Assembly: GCA_041389425.1 (NCBI GenBank)
Contig: JAWKRX010000003.1
Span: 6,597-70,596, forward strand
Length of the DNA stretch: 64,000 bases
Reading direction: 5' to 3'
Source: Myxococcota bacterium
Lineage (GTDB): Bacteria > Myxococcota_A > UBA9160 > UBA4427
Numbering within the stretch: position 1 is the stretch's first letter; every line of letters starts with the position of its first letter. Shown here piece after piece: positions 24,832 to 36,295 of the stretch. The notes beneath the pieces were generated by a model. The model did no database searches. It saw only the letters and a program-made list of their open reading frames with translations, and was not told the origin of the DNA. The translations under genes and the position numbers were made by a program.

Positions 24832-26223
24832 TCACTCGCCCCAGGGCCGGATCGACTTCTTCAGCTGCGCATAGCCCTCGAGGAAGCCGGGTCGCTTCGG
24901 CGAGTAGATCGCGTCGAACTTCGCGAGCGCGTCGTCGAGGAAGGCGCGGACCTTCGCGTTGCCGGGATTCGCGTCGAGGTAGGCGTCGCGGATCAGCACG
25001 AAATGGATGCGCGGATCGTAGGGCTGCTTCGTGCCGCCCATCGACTCGTCGCCGTCGAGCAGCCGGAGCAGCATCGCGTCGGCGGATCCGAGGGTCTGCT
25101 CGTGGATCGGCGGGCCGCTCATGCGGTACATGACGGAGGTCATGTCGCGGCCGTTGCCGGTCGTGTAGCCCATCTCGGTCCAGAGCTGGTTCATGTCCTT
25201 CTTCGTCCCGACGTAGTCGAGGACGATCTGGCCGAACCTGCGCAGCGGATCCGAGACGTCGGCGAGCAGGTCCGTCAGGCGGTCGCCGTCGAGGTCGGTC
25301 GCGAGCACGATGCAGTCGCGCTTCTCGATCAGGTCCCAGATCAGCAGGCCGAAGTTCGTATCCGAGATGTGCTGCTCGATCTGGCCGGTCCAGTTCTCCA
25401 TGCCGGCTTTGAAGTCCTTGGGCAGCAGGGCGATGATCTTGTCGACGTTCTCGCGGTGCTCGACGTAGCCGTCGACGGCGTATTTCCGGCCGACCTTGAA
25501 CTTCGTGCCCTGCAGCAGCCACGACAGGAGGCCGGCGTTGATGCCGTCTTCCTGGGCCTGGGTCGGCTTGAAGGCGACGCGGCCGAGCTTGCCCGTCTCG
25601 TTCACCATCTGCAGGAAGCGCCGCGCGGCATAGGCCATCTGGATGCCGGGCGTGTTCATCTCGGAATGCACGATGCCCGTCTTCGCGTCGACGCCGAACT
25701 TCTTCTTGTCCTGCGAGTAGGGGAGGCAGGGCATGCAGCGCACGACGGTGATGCAGCCGTAGGGGCGGACGTTGCAGTAGACGCCGGCCTGGGTCCGCAG
25801 CGGCGCGTTGCCCGACTTGCCCTTCACGACGACGCGGCCGCCCTTGCCGTCGTTCACGTAGGCATCGCCGGCCGTCGACCATTTGATCGAGGTGCAGGGC
25901 ATGTTGCCGAACCAGGAGAGCGGCTCGAGGTCCCGGTCGTGCCGGTACTGCGCCCACATCGGCACCATGTAGAAGGGCAGGCCGAGGACGTCGGCGGCCA
26001 TGATCGTGCCGAGCATGGCATAGGCATCGGTGAGCGCGTGGGCCACGGGCTTGACCTCGCCCGCCGCGTTCCCGCCCGCCGCATTGAAGTTGCCGCCCTG
26101 CCAGATGACGGCATCCGGGTAGCCGGTGGGGCGGACGTCGGTCGGGGCGTAGAGGCCCGAGAGCAGTCCTTCGAGGTCGCCGCCGGCGGCTTCGGTGCGG
26201 GCGATGTTGAGCAGGTCGAGCAT
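24832..26223 (-). CDS. Uncharacterised 463-aa cytoplasmic protein with a C-x6-C-x5-C-x2-C cluster
   Basis: Starts at the internal Met MLDLLNIARTEAAGG (ATG at 26223). Balanced composition, richer in K/N/M/Y than its neighbours, and strong GC3. No family recognised. Cys cluster reads CNVRPYGCITVVRCMPC. Confidence 0.75.
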   Translation of the reverse strand: MLDLLNIARTEAAGGDLEGLLSGLYAPTDVRPTGYPDAVIWQGGNFNAAGGNAAGEVKPVAHALTDAYAMLGTIMAADVLGLPFYMVPMWAQYRHDRDLEPLSWFGNMPCTSIKWSTAGDAYVNDGKGGRVVVKGKSGNAPLRTQAGVYCNVRPYGCITVVRCMPCLPYSQDKKKFGVDAKTGIVHSEMNTPGIQMAYAARRFLQMVNETGKLGRVAFKPTQAQEDGINAGLLSWLLQGTKFKVGRKYAVDGYVEHRENVDKIIALLPKDFKAGMENWTGQIEQHISDTNFGLLIWDLIEKRDCIVLATDLDGDRLTDLLADVSDPLRRFGQIVLDYVGTKKDMNQLWTEMGYTTGNGRDMTSVMYRMSGPPIHEQTLGSADAMLLRLLDGDESMGGTKQPYDPRIHFVLIRDAYLDANPGNAKVRAFLDDALAKFDAIYSPKRPGFLEGYAQLKKSIRPWGE

Positions 26224-26450
26224 GTCGCGATGTCTCCAACTGGGGGGCGGGTCGGGTCGGGCGTGGCGCCGCATGGTAAGGACCGTTGCCCGTCGTCTCA
26301 AGGCCCCGGCGAAGACCGGGATCCGATCTGCCGGGCGAGGTCCAACGACACACCCGGGGCGCCATCGCGGACGCGAGCCGATCGCGACCGGGGGCGCCCT
26401 GTGGTAGCAATGGGCCACCCATCGCCCGCCCGACCGAGGAGACCACCCGC

Positions 26451-26933
26451 GTGGAAAAGATCCGCTTCGACGACATCGCCGCCCTGCAGAAGCACGTCAG
26501 CCAGGAGTTCGGGGCCTTCGGTCAGCCCGTCGAAATCAGTCAGGAGATGATCAACCGCTTCGCCGAGATCACCGGCGATCATCAATGGATCCACATCGAC
26601 GTCGAGCGCGCGAAGAAGGAGAGCCCCTTCAAGACGACGATCGCCCACGGATTCCTGACGCTCTCCCTGCTCCCGCTCCTCAGCGCCCAGGGCAAGGCGG
26701 ACTATCAGGTCGTCGGCCACGGCAACGCCGTCAACTACGGCTCCGACAAGCTGCGCTTCCTCTCCCCCGTTCCGGCGGGCTCGCAGGTGCACGCCCGCTC
26801 GCGCCTCGTGTCCGCCGAGGCCGGTCCGAAGGGCACGCGCATCGAGACCGAGGTCGCCGTCCACGTCGTCGGCAACGACCGCCCCGCGCTGCTCTACAGC
26901 ATGATCGTCCTGTACCAGGGAAAGGTCGGCTGA
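26451..26933 (+). CDS. MaoC-like (R)-specific enoyl-CoA hydratase / hot-dog dehydratase
   Basis: GTG start after GAGGAG. FAEITGDHQWIHID and TIAHGFLTLSL motifs. Confidence 0.88.
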   Translation: MEKIRFDDIAALQKHVSQEFGAFGQPVEISQEMINRFAEITGDHQWIHIDVERAKKESPFKTTIAHGFLTLSLLPLLSAQGKADYQVVGHGNAVNYGSDKLRFLSPVPAGSQVHARSRLVSAEAGPKGTRIETEVAVHVVGNDRPALLYSMIVLYQGKVG

Positions 26934-26939
26934 AAGCGG

Positions 26940-28229
26940 GTGACGCGCGCCCCCCATCCCGCGTTCTCCGGCTGGCGCATCTGCGGCGCCGCGGTCCTGA
27001 CCCAGGCGGTCGCGATTGGCTTCACGCTCGGGAGCGTCGGTGTCTTCGCCGCGCCGCTCGCGCAGGAGCTCGGCGCGACGGCGACCCAGTTCAACGTCGG
27101 CGTCAGCGTCTTCAGCCTCGTGATGAATCTCTCGATGCCCTTGATCGGGCGCCAGCTCGATCGCGGCCGCATCCGCGGCGTGATGACGGCGGGCGCCTGC
27201 CTGCTCGCCTGCTCGCTCGCGGCGATGTCCCAGGCGCGCGAGCTCTGGCAGGTCGGTGTCTGCTTCGGCGTCGGCAGTGCGATCGGCATGGCGATGCTCG
27301 GCCCGATGTCGTCGTCGACGGCGATGGCGAACTGGTTCGACCGCCTGCGCGGGCGGGCACTCGGCATCGCGAACATGGGCGGCCCGGCCGGCCCGATCGT
27401 CATCGCGCCCGCCGCCGCCTTCGCGATCGGCGAGTTCGGCTGGCGGCCGACGCTGCTCGTTTTCGCGGCCCTGACACTCGCGGTCGGCGTGCCCTGCGTG
27501 CGCTTCGGCATCCTCGATCGCCCGAGCGACGTCGGGCAGCATCCCGACGGCGATGCGCCCGCGCCCGATGCCGTCGCAGCCGTCTCTCCCGATCCGCAGC
27601 CTGCGATGACGGCCGCCGCGATTCCGGCGTTCGCCTGGAGCGCGGGCACGCTCGCCCGCTGCCGGGATTTCTGGTTCCTCGCGATCGCGGCGGCGCCGTT
27701 CGGCGCGGTCGGCATCGTGATGGCGGCGAACGCGATTCCGTACATGACCTGGCTCGGGGTCTCGCCGGAGGCGGCCGCTTTCGTCGTCGTGCCCCAATCG
27801 ATCGGGGCCGTCACGGGCCCGCTGCTCTTCGGCTCCCTCGCGGACCGGATCCATCCGCGCCTGCTCTTCATCGGCCTGATCGGCGTTCTCTGCGCCGCGC
27901 TCGTCGGGCTGGTCTCTCGACCTGCGTATGGGCTCGCGCTCGCACTCTTCGGCGTCGTCGGCGTCGTGGGCGGCTCGATGATGGCGGTCTACGGCGCCCT
28001 GATCGGCCGGCTCTTCGGCGTCCTCGCCTTCGGCCAGGTGATGGGCATGGGCGCGCTCGTGGGCGTTCCCGTCGTCTTCGCCGCGCCGCTCGTCTTCGGC
28101 TCCGCCTTCGACCGCACCGGCAGCTACGCCTCCGGCCTCCTCATCCTGACCGCCGCCCTCGCCACCGCCGCCCTCCTCTTCGCCCTCCTCCCGAGCGGCC
28201 CCGCAAGACGCCCCGCCACCCCGAACTAA
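26940..28229 (+). CDS. MFS transporter
   Basis: 429 aa with 12 predicted TM helices. MFS loop motif GRQLDRGRIRG lies between TM2 and TM3. Confidence 0.88.
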   Translation: MTRAPHPAFSGWRICGAAVLTQAVAIGFTLGSVGVFAAPLAQELGATATQFNVGVSVFSLVMNLSMPLIGRQLDRGRIRGVMTAGACLLACSLAAMSQARELWQVGVCFGVGSAIGMAMLGPMSSSTAMANWFDRLRGRALGIANMGGPAGPIVIAPAAAFAIGEFGWRPTLLVFAALTLAVGVPCVRFGILDRPSDVGQHPDGDAPAPDAVAAVSPDPQPAMTAAAIPAFAWSAGTLARCRDFWFLAIAAAPFGAVGIVMAANAIPYMTWLGVSPEAAAFVVVPQSIGAVTGPLLFGSLADRIHPRLLFIGLIGVLCAALVGLVSRPAYGLALALFGVVGVVGGSMMAVYGALIGRLFGVLAFGQVMGMGALVGVPVVFAAPLVFGSAFDRTGSYASGLLILTAALATAALLFALLPSGPARRPATPN

Positions 28230-28514
28230 CAAAAAGCGTGGGTCTCGCAGGTTTCGACTCGAAATCGATCGCGCCCGCCCCGAGAGATCGAAGGTCGGAC
28301 GGCCGATATCCAAAATCAGCCCGCAGGACGCGGCCCCGATCAGCGAAAACGCGACGAGTGCCCCGGCCGAGCGGTTCGGGGTGAGATGAAATGGACGTGC
28401 GCGCAGCACGGCGATGGACGCGCCGGCGATCCAGAACGCGCACGCCCGAGCCACGAACCCCGAGCCGCTCGACCGGGGCACCGGGCACGTCGTTCGCCGC
28501 AGCCCCCCGCGCCC

Positions 28515-29744
<1,230 letters not shown>

Positions 29745-29999
29745 GGGTCGAGAAGCTCCTTCCGAAAGGGGACTGCCGGTCCGCAATCCCGCGCGTCGGA
29801 AGGCTCGATCGCGCAGCAGGGGCCGGGGTGGGACGAGGCGGGACAGTAGCGACGCGGCGGATTCCTGGCAGCCGGGGCACTCGCTCCGATCGGGAAATCG
29901 ATCGGTGCGTGCACGGACTAGCGCGATATGCTGGCAGCCGGCTGCGAAATCACACGATCCGTGCCCGAACTCTCCCGCCCTGTCCCGACGAGGAGCGAG

Positions 30000-30677
30000 A
30001 TGCCGAACGTTCAGCGATTCTCCGATCCGAAGCTTCGCGCAGCCGGAGGGAGGTCCGGCTCGAGCGCCCGCCCGATCGTGCTGCTCGGCCTGCTCGTGCT
30101 GCTCGCGCTGAGCTCGGCCTGCGCCGGCGGTCCGCCGCTCGCCGTGAAGCCGGGCCCCTACGAGCCGCTCGCGAAGGACGAGGGCTTCCTCGTCGTGCAG
30201 GTCGATACCGATCTCGCCCTCGAGCGCATCGACGCCGGCTCACGTTCGATCGTGCGGAATCTCCAGCCCGGGCGACATCTCTGGCTCGTTCGGATGAAGG
30301 CCGGGAAGATGCGCTGGACGGCGGTCGAGATCGTCGCCCTCGCGAGCAAGGACAAATCGGTCGAGCTGGAGTCGAAGGGCGTCCTCAACGAGCGGGAGTT
30401 CGAATTCGACGTCGTGGCGGGCGCGCTCAACTATCCCGGCGAGATCGTCGTTCGGATGTACACCCCGGAATGGGGCGCCGGTGCCGGGGTCTCGATCCGC
30501 AACCGGAACCATTCCGCGATGGCGATCCGCCGGCTCTCGAAATCCCATCCCGAGCTCGTCGCGGCCCATCCGATCCGATACGCGGGATCGAGCGGCGACG
30601 AATTCCTTCAGTTCTACACCCAGAAGCGGAGTCGGGTTCGCGGCGATGCGCCGATCGAGACGGGGGGATCGAAATGA
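30000..30677 (+). CDS. Lipoprotein (unknown function)
   Basis: Internal Met MPNVQRF...LLVLLALSSAC (lipobox) after AGGAG. The 3' end is coupled to the next gene by ATGA. Confidence 0.65.
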   Translation: MPNVQRFSDPKLRAAGGRSGSSARPIVLLGLLVLLALSSACAGGPPLAVKPGPYEPLAKDEGFLVVQVDTDLALERIDAGSRSIVRNLQPGRHLWLVRMKAGKMRWTAVEIVALASKDKSVELESKGVLNEREFEFDVVAGALNYPGEIVVRMYTPEWGAGAGVSIRNRNHSAMAIRRLSKSHPELVAAHPIRYAGSSGDEFLQFYTQKRSRVRGDAPIETGGSK

Positions 30678-32668
30678 AGTCCGCTTCCTGCACCGCGGTT
30701 GCGATGGCGCTCGTACCGATGCTGTCGATGTCGATCCTGGCAGCGATGTCGGTCGCGCCGGCGAGTGCCCGGGCGGGCGAGTCGGCGGAAGCATTCTGGC
30801 CGGGACCCGGCGTGAGAAAGGTGCGGGTCGACCCGAGCGGCGATTGGATCGCGGCGATCGCCGATCGTGGCGAAGAAGAGAGCGTCGTCGTTCAGCGGAT
30901 CGGGATGCCGACGCTGGGCAGTGTGGTGACGGAGAAGGGGATCATCGACATCAGCTGGGACGGGCCGGGAACGCTGGTCGTCGAGGCGGTGACGCCCGCC
31001 GAACTTTATACGGTCCACGTGGTCTCGCTCGCAGTCACGGGTGAACGCATCGTTCCCCGGCATCGCCGCATCACGGCGCCGGGCCGCCTCGTCGACGCCT
31101 TGCCGCTGGTGCCGGAGAAGCTGCTCTGGCTCGGTTACGGCCAGGGATTCACGTCGGTCCATCGCCTTTCGATCGACGAGATCGTCGACTTCGCCCGGCT
31201 GCACAATACGCGTGGACGAACGATCAACATCGGCGAGCGGGTGGCCGTCGCGGAAGGCATGTCCACGCATTGGGTCGTCCAGCGAGACGGCACGCCCCGA
31301 GCAGCGCTTCGCCACATGGAAGACTTCATCGGCTTGATGATCTCGCCCGACGGCCGGAGGAAAGTCAACACCGCCTACCGATTCAAGGACGAAGAACGCG
31401 AACGTGCGGTCTACCCGGTCGGGTTGACGCCCGACGAGCGGAACGTCCTCGTTCTGGCCTTCAAGGGCGGCGACAAATTGGGGCTTCACGAATGGGACGC
31501 GAAGGAGAGCGCGCCCGGTGCCCCGGTCTTCGTCCATCCGGAAAACGACCTCTCCAGCGTTCTCTCGGATCCCCTCACGGGTGAGCTCGTCGCCGCGGTC
31601 TACGAGGAAGCAGGGGAGCCGCGCTACCACTACTTCGATTCTTATCGCGCGCGCTACCTGTCGCGCTTGCCGGAGGAATGGCGCCGTGAGTCCGTCGCGA
31701 TCCTCGGTGGCTCGGCCGATCGCCAGGTCTTCGCCCTGCTCGACGCGAGTGCGACGAATCCGGGCGATTACTACGTACGTGATCGCGCCGGAAAGCTCCA
31801 TCGCGTCGGCCGATTCGCCGAGAACGTCGACCGCTCGAAGCTCTCGCCGGTCGAAAGCTTCCGCGCGAAGGCCGCAGACGGCGTCGAGGTCGAGGGCTAC
31901 CTGGCGGTGCCGAAGGTCGCAAGCGGGCGCGCGCCGCTCGTCGTGATGCCCCATGGAGGCCCGATCGGGGTCCACGATAGTCGGGACTACGATCCCATCG
32001 TGCAGTACCTCGCGAGCTGGGGCTTCGCCGTCGTTCAGGTGAACTACCGCGGCTCGTCGGGCTATGGCCTCGAATTCGAGAAGCTGGGCGCCAAGCAATG
32101 GGCGCGGGGGATCGAAGACGACATCGACGCCGCCGTCGAAAAGGCGATGGCCGATCCGCGCATCGATCCCGAGCGGGTCTGCATCTTCGGCGGGAGCTAC
32201 GGCGGCTTCTCGGCCTTCGCGAGCGTGATCCGCCATGGCGACCGTTATCGCTGCGCCGTTTCTCTCAACGGGGTCTCCGACATTCCGCTCCTGGCGGATT
32301 CGAGCGATATGGCCGATTCGAAGTCCGCGATGAAGTACTACGAGGACTACATCGGCGACCTCGAGACCGAGCGCGAGAAGCTGATCGAGGTCTCGCCCGC
32401 CTACCACGTCGACGCGCTCTCGACCCCGACCCTGATCATCCAGGGCACCGACGATCGCCGCGTCGATCCGGATCACGCCCACCGGATGGCGCTCATGTTC
32501 GAGCTCCATGCGAAGCCGTTCGAGCTGCTCGAGATCGAAGGGGCAGAGCACGGTCCCGAGCGCGACGAATGGATCATCGTCGCCCGCACCCTGCGGCGGT
32601 TCCTGACGGCCCACCTGATGCCGGGGGCCGAATTCGTTCCGGATCCGCGCACGCGCTGGGACCGCTAG
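30674..32668 (+). CDS. S9-family serine peptidase (prolyl oligopeptidase / dipeptidyl aminopeptidase-like), secreted
   Basis: Signal peptide, a beta-propeller-length N-terminal part, and a catalytic triad context: GGSYGG (Ser), QGTDDRRV (Asp), EGAEHG (His). Confidence 0.9.
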   Translation: MKSASCTAVAMALVPMLSMSILAAMSVAPASARAGESAEAFWPGPGVRKVRVDPSGDWIAAIADRGEEESVVVQRIGMPTLGSVVTEKGIIDISWDGPGTLVVEAVTPAELYTVHVVSLAVTGERIVPRHRRITAPGRLVDALPLVPEKLLWLGYGQGFTSVHRLSIDEIVDFARLHNTRGRTINIGERVAVAEGMSTHWVVQRDGTPRAALRHMEDFIGLMISPDGRRKVNTAYRFKDEERERAVYPVGLTPDERNVLVLAFKGGDKLGLHEWDAKESAPGAPVFVHPENDLSSVLSDPLTGELVAAVYEEAGEPRYHYFDSYRARYLSRLPEEWRRESVAILGGSADRQVFALLDASATNPGDYYVRDRAGKLHRVGRFAENVDRSKLSPVESFRAKAADGVEVEGYLAVPKVASGRAPLVVMPHGGPIGVHDSRDYDPIVQYLASWGFAVVQVNYRGSSGYGLEFEKLGAKQWARGIEDDIDAAVEKAMADPRIDPERVCIFGGSYGGFSAFASVIRHGDRYRCAVSLNGVSDIPLLADSSDMADSKSAMKYYEDYIGDLETEREKLIEVSPAYHVDALSTPTLIIQGTDDRRVDPDHAHRMALMFELHAKPFELLEIEGAEHGPERDEWIIVARTLRRFLTAHLMPGAEFVPDPRTRWDR

Positions 32669-32678
32669 CGGGAAGGGC

Positions 32679-33458
32679 TCAGCGCGTGCAGTACTCGTCC
32701 ATGCCGAAGTAGGGATAGAAGGCGATGCAGGTGCCTTCCTTCAGGTTCCGCTCGTCCTGGAAGAGGTCTTCCCGCTGGATGTACTTCTTCTTGACCGTAT
32801 CGATCCGGAAGACCGGCTCGAAGCCGCCGAAGCCCGAGAAGACCCGCGTGCCGTCCTTGGCATACACGCTGACGTGGAGGGATGCGACCGGAATGTCCGA
32901 GCCGGACATCGACCAGTCGCTCACGGTCTCGCGTCGCCGGACCCCGTCCCAGACGATCGTCCGCGTGCCCTGATATTCGGCGGAGCGCATCAGGAGATTC
33001 GGAGCGACGACGAGATCCGGCGATTTGTCGAGCCCTGCGAGCAGCTCCGGCACGATGTCGCCGAACTCGACGTCGGCCGAGACGACGCCGGAGGCGCCGG
33101 ATTTGCGCTGGGTGCGGACTTTGCGGACCGCGGAATTCGAGAGCTCCCGGAACTTGCGCCCGTCGACCTGCTCGACGGTGATGCCCTTCGACTCGAGGTG
33201 TCGGACGATCATCGCGTTGATGCGGGGGTTCTCGACGTCGAGGCCGCGGACGGGCTTGTCGTTGGTCGCGTCGATGGGGATCAGCAGTACACGCACGAGC
33301 CCGGCGTGATGTTCCTGGCCGGGGCTGAGCGTGAATTCGTGTTTGTGCTTCAGCCGGGGGCCGGAGGCGCAGGCGGCAAGGAAGCAGGCCACCAGGAAGC
33401 AAGAGGCGAGGGCGACGAGCGGGACGGCTGCGTTCGACCGGGCTCCGTACGAATTCAT
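32679..33458 (-). CDS. Lipoprotein (unknown function)
   Basis: 259 aa with signal/lipobox region VPLVALASCFLVACFLAAC. Good coding statistics. No family recognised. Confidence 0.7.
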   Translation of the reverse strand: MNSYGARSNAAVPLVALASCFLVACFLAACASGPRLKHKHEFTLSPGQEHHAGLVRVLLIPIDATNDKPVRGLDVENPRINAMIVRHLESKGITVEQVDGRKFRELSNSAVRKVRTQRKSGASGVVSADVEFGDIVPELLAGLDKSPDLVVAPNLLMRSAEYQGTRTIVWDGVRRRETVSDWSMSGSDIPVASLHVSVYAKDGTRVFSGFGGFEPVFRIDTVKKKYIQREDLFQDERNLKEGTCIAFYPYFGMDEYCTR

Positions 33459-33555
33459 GGATCCTCCGCGATGCTGATCGGGGGCGTGTCACGGCCCCGG
33501 TTGTGTCATTCTCCGAGGCCGGCGGGACTCGCCGGATCCTAACAGAGGAGAGCGC

Positions 33556-35457
33556 GTGTCGATGAGGGAAACGCATCGCTTCGGAGTGACTGGAAGCCGC
33601 TTCGGCCGCTCGCTCGAAGATCCGCGCGGCGGACGGTCGCGCGGGCGCGTTCGATTCCCGCTCGCGGCGACGATGCTGATGGGTGTGATGGCCGGTTGTG
33701 TCGGAGGCCCCGCGCCCGAGACGCGCGCGTCCGTGAAATCCGCCGACCTCGTCTTCCTCGGAAACCGCATCCTGACCTTCGACGCGGCGACCGAGGGCGC
33801 CGGGGGTGTCGCCGTCCGGGGCGAGAAGATCGTCGCCGTCGGATCGCGCGAATCGATCGAGCGGCGGATCGGTCCCCGCACCCGGGTCGTCGAGCTCGGG
33901 GAGCGCGCGCTGCTGCCGGGCTTCATCGACGCGCACGGGCATCTCGGCCTGGTGATGCTGGTCGTCGATTATCTCAACGTCTCTTCGCCGCCGGTCGGGC
34001 CGATGGAGTCGATCGAAGACATCGTCGCTGCCCTGCGCGCGCGGATCGAGGAGCGGCGGCCCGCGCCGGGCGAGCTCGTCGTCGGCTACGGCTACGACGA
34101 TTCGCTGCTCGCCGAAGGCCGCCATCCCGATCGCGACGATCTCGACCGCGTCTCGACGACCCAGCCCATCGTGCTCCTCCACGTCTCCGCCCATCTCGCG
34201 ACCGCGAACTCGGCGGCGCTCGCCGCGATCGGCTACGACGCGCGGACGCCGGATCCGCCGGGCGGGGTGATCCGCCGGCGCGAGGGGAGCCGCGAGCCGA
34301 ACGGCGTCCTCGAAGAGGCCGCGCTCGGGCCTGCGCTCGCGAGCCAGGCGAATGCGCTCGGCACGCCGGAACGCTTCGCCGAGGCGGTCCACAAGGCGCT
34401 CGCCTACCACGCCGGCTTCGGCATCACGACCGTTCAGGACGGCGCATCGTATCCGGCGATGGTCGAGAGCCTCCGCGCGGTCTCGAAGGCGACGCCGCTC
34501 GCGCTCGACGTCGCGGCCTATCTCCGGGAAGAGGCGCCGAAATCCGAGCCGGCGGAAGGGGCGGACGTCCTGCCCTCGGGCGGCGTCGTGCTCGCCGAGC
34601 TCGGATATTCCCGGGATTACAGCGGCGGCGTCCGGGTCGCCGGGGTCAAATTCGTGCTCGACGGCTCACCCCAGGGCCGCACGGCCTGGATGACCCGGCC
34701 CTATCTCGAGTCGCCCCCCGAGAAGGGGCCGGACTACCGCGCCTATCCGACCCTCGACCCCGACTACTATCGCGTCCGCGCCGCGGAGCTGATCGAAGGC
34801 GGCGTGCCCTTCCTCGCCCATGCCAACGGCGACGCCGCGATCGATCTGATGATCGACGGCGTCGCGCGGGCGACCCGGGCGATCGAAGCCCGGGGCGCAC
34901 GCGTTCCGGATCACCGCTCGACGGCGATCCACGCGCAGTTCACACGGATGGACCAGCTCGATGCGATGAAGCGCCTCGGCATCGTACCGTCGTTCTTCGC
35001 GGCCCACGCCTTCTTCTGGGGCGACTGGCATCGCGAGAGCTTCGGCGACGCGCGCGCCCTCGCGATCAGTCCGCTGCGCTCGGCGCAGCGCCGGGATCTG
35101 CGCTTCACGATCCACAACGATGCGCCCGTGGTCCCGCCCGACGTGCTCCGGCTCGTCGAGATCGCGGTGCTGCGCGAGACGCGCTCGGGCTTCGTGCTCG
35201 GCGCGGACGAGCGCATCTCCGTCGAGGATGCGCTGCGCGCGGTGACGATCGACGCGGCCTGGGGCTATTTCGAAGAAGATCGCAAGGGCTCGATCACGCC
35301 GGGCAAGCAGGCGGACCTGGTCGTGCTCGAAGCGGATCCGCGTGCGGTCGCGCCGGAGGCGATCGGCGAGATCGGGATCGTCGAGACGATCGCCCGCGGC
35401 CGCACCGTGCATGCGGCGCCGGGCGCCGAAGCGGCGCAGACGCCGTCGCCGAGGTGA
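33556..35457 (+). CDS. Amidohydrolase-3-family metal-dependent hydrolase, probable lipoprotein
   Basis: PGFIDAHGHLG metal-binding motif and AHANGD, over the typical ~600-aa architecture. Lipobox-like MLMGVMAGC. The exact start is uncertain. Confidence 0.88.
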   Translation: MSMRETHRFGVTGSRFGRSLEDPRGGRSRGRVRFPLAATMLMGVMAGCVGGPAPETRASVKSADLVFLGNRILTFDAATEGAGGVAVRGEKIVAVGSRESIERRIGPRTRVVELGERALLPGFIDAHGHLGLVMLVVDYLNVSSPPVGPMESIEDIVAALRARIEERRPAPGELVVGYGYDDSLLAEGRHPDRDDLDRVSTTQPIVLLHVSAHLATANSAALAAIGYDARTPDPPGGVIRRREGSREPNGVLEEAALGPALASQANALGTPERFAEAVHKALAYHAGFGITTVQDGASYPAMVESLRAVSKATPLALDVAAYLREEAPKSEPAEGADVLPSGGVVLAELGYSRDYSGGVRVAGVKFVLDGSPQGRTAWMTRPYLESPPEKGPDYRAYPTLDPDYYRVRAAELIEGGVPFLAHANGDAAIDLMIDGVARATRAIEARGARVPDHRSTAIHAQFTRMDQLDAMKRLGIVPSFFAAHAFFWGDWHRESFGDARALAISPLRSAQRRDLRFTIHNDAPVVPPDVLRLVEIAVLRETRSGFVLGADERISVEDALRAVTIDAAWGYFEEDRKGSITPGKQADLVVLEADPRAVAPEAIGEIGIVETIARGRTVHAAPGAEAAQTPSPR

Positions 35458-35500
35458 TTGCGTCTGCGCCGATCGGGGCCGTCGTTCGCGGCGGGCCGGA

Positions 35501-35977
35501 TCAGCTCCCGCTCGGGAAGAGCATCGGCTCGCCGTCGACTTCCGCCACGCGCGCGATCAGCTCGCCCTCGGGCGTGCGCGCCGAGAATCCGTCGCCTTCG
35601 CGCTGAAGGACGAGATGGCTCGTTCGGCCGTCGTTGGCTTCGATCCGCAGGTCGAGGGCGTTCTCGCTCTTGCGGGTCAGCACGGCCGTGCCGTCCGCGG
35701 TCGTGATCTTCCGCGACGCGCCGTTCTTCGCGAGGATCGGATTGTTGCCCGTCCAGAACTCGATCGAGTTGAAGATCACGGCATCGAGGAAGGTCGCCGC
35801 GCCGTAGACGGGGAAGATGGCCAGGGCGAGGAAGACGAGCTCCCGGATCCATTTGTCGGGGCTCACCTCGCGATTGAATTGATAGACCTTGCGCGTGAGC
35901 TGGAATCCGCCAAAGCAGCCGGTCGTCGAGACCGGCAGGAAGGCCATCAGCACGAGGGCCGCGATCGTTCGCTTCAT
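35501..35977 (-). CDS. DUF3332-like lipoprotein
   Basis: MKRTIAALVLMAFLPVSTTGC lipobox, then FQLTRKVYQFN...PVYGAATFLDAVIFNSIEFW. This matches my recollection of the DUF3332 signature. Confidence 0.75.
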   Translation of the reverse strand: MKRTIAALVLMAFLPVSTTGCFGGFQLTRKVYQFNREVSPDKWIRELVFLALAIFPVYGAATFLDAVIFNSIEFWTGNNPILAKNGASRKITTADGTAVLTRKSENALDLRIEANDGRTSHLVLQREGDGFSARTPEGELIARVAEVDGEPMLFPSGS

Positions 35978-36295
35978 GGTTTCGTTCTCCTCGGCGTGCG
36001 TGGGGGGAGCGCCGCTTCGACTGGAACCCTAGAAGCTCCGGTGGGCGGGTGGAAGGGCGTGTCGTTCCGGATCGGGCTCGCGGTGCGGAGCGCGGGCGCG
36101 GCGCCGCGTTGACGCCGGGGCGGTTCGTGGCCAGCATCGGTGCAGCGGTCTTTCGCGCAGTCCGGTGGCTGCGCGCGTGCCGCCGCGGCGGATCCCGGCA
36201 GATCGCGGCGGCGCGGCGCCGACGAGACCGCTCGCGTGTTCGTCTGCTTCAGCCCGGTCGGACGGCAGGCTCGAGAGAGGGGAGGGGCCGAACGC

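Noticed and set aside
28230-28514. Possible small two-TM membrane protein at the N-terminus of ORF 26298..28481 (MPRSSGSGFVARACAFWIAGASIAVL...) in the MFS/PFK convergent intergenic region.
   Set aside because: The frame has no stop until it has run antisense through the whole MFS gene. No SD was seen. A hydrophobic-looking translation is common in GC-rich non-coding DNA.
29864-29946. Second sigma-54-like element TGGCAGCCGGCTGC (29931-29944), and an 11-nt direct repeat CTGGCAGCCGG (29864-29874 and 29930-29940), upstream of the lipoprotein/S9 peptidase pair.
   Set aside because: The GG-to-GC spacing is one nucleotide short of the consensus and the -12 region lacks TTGC. The repeat is real, but I cannot attach a function to it.
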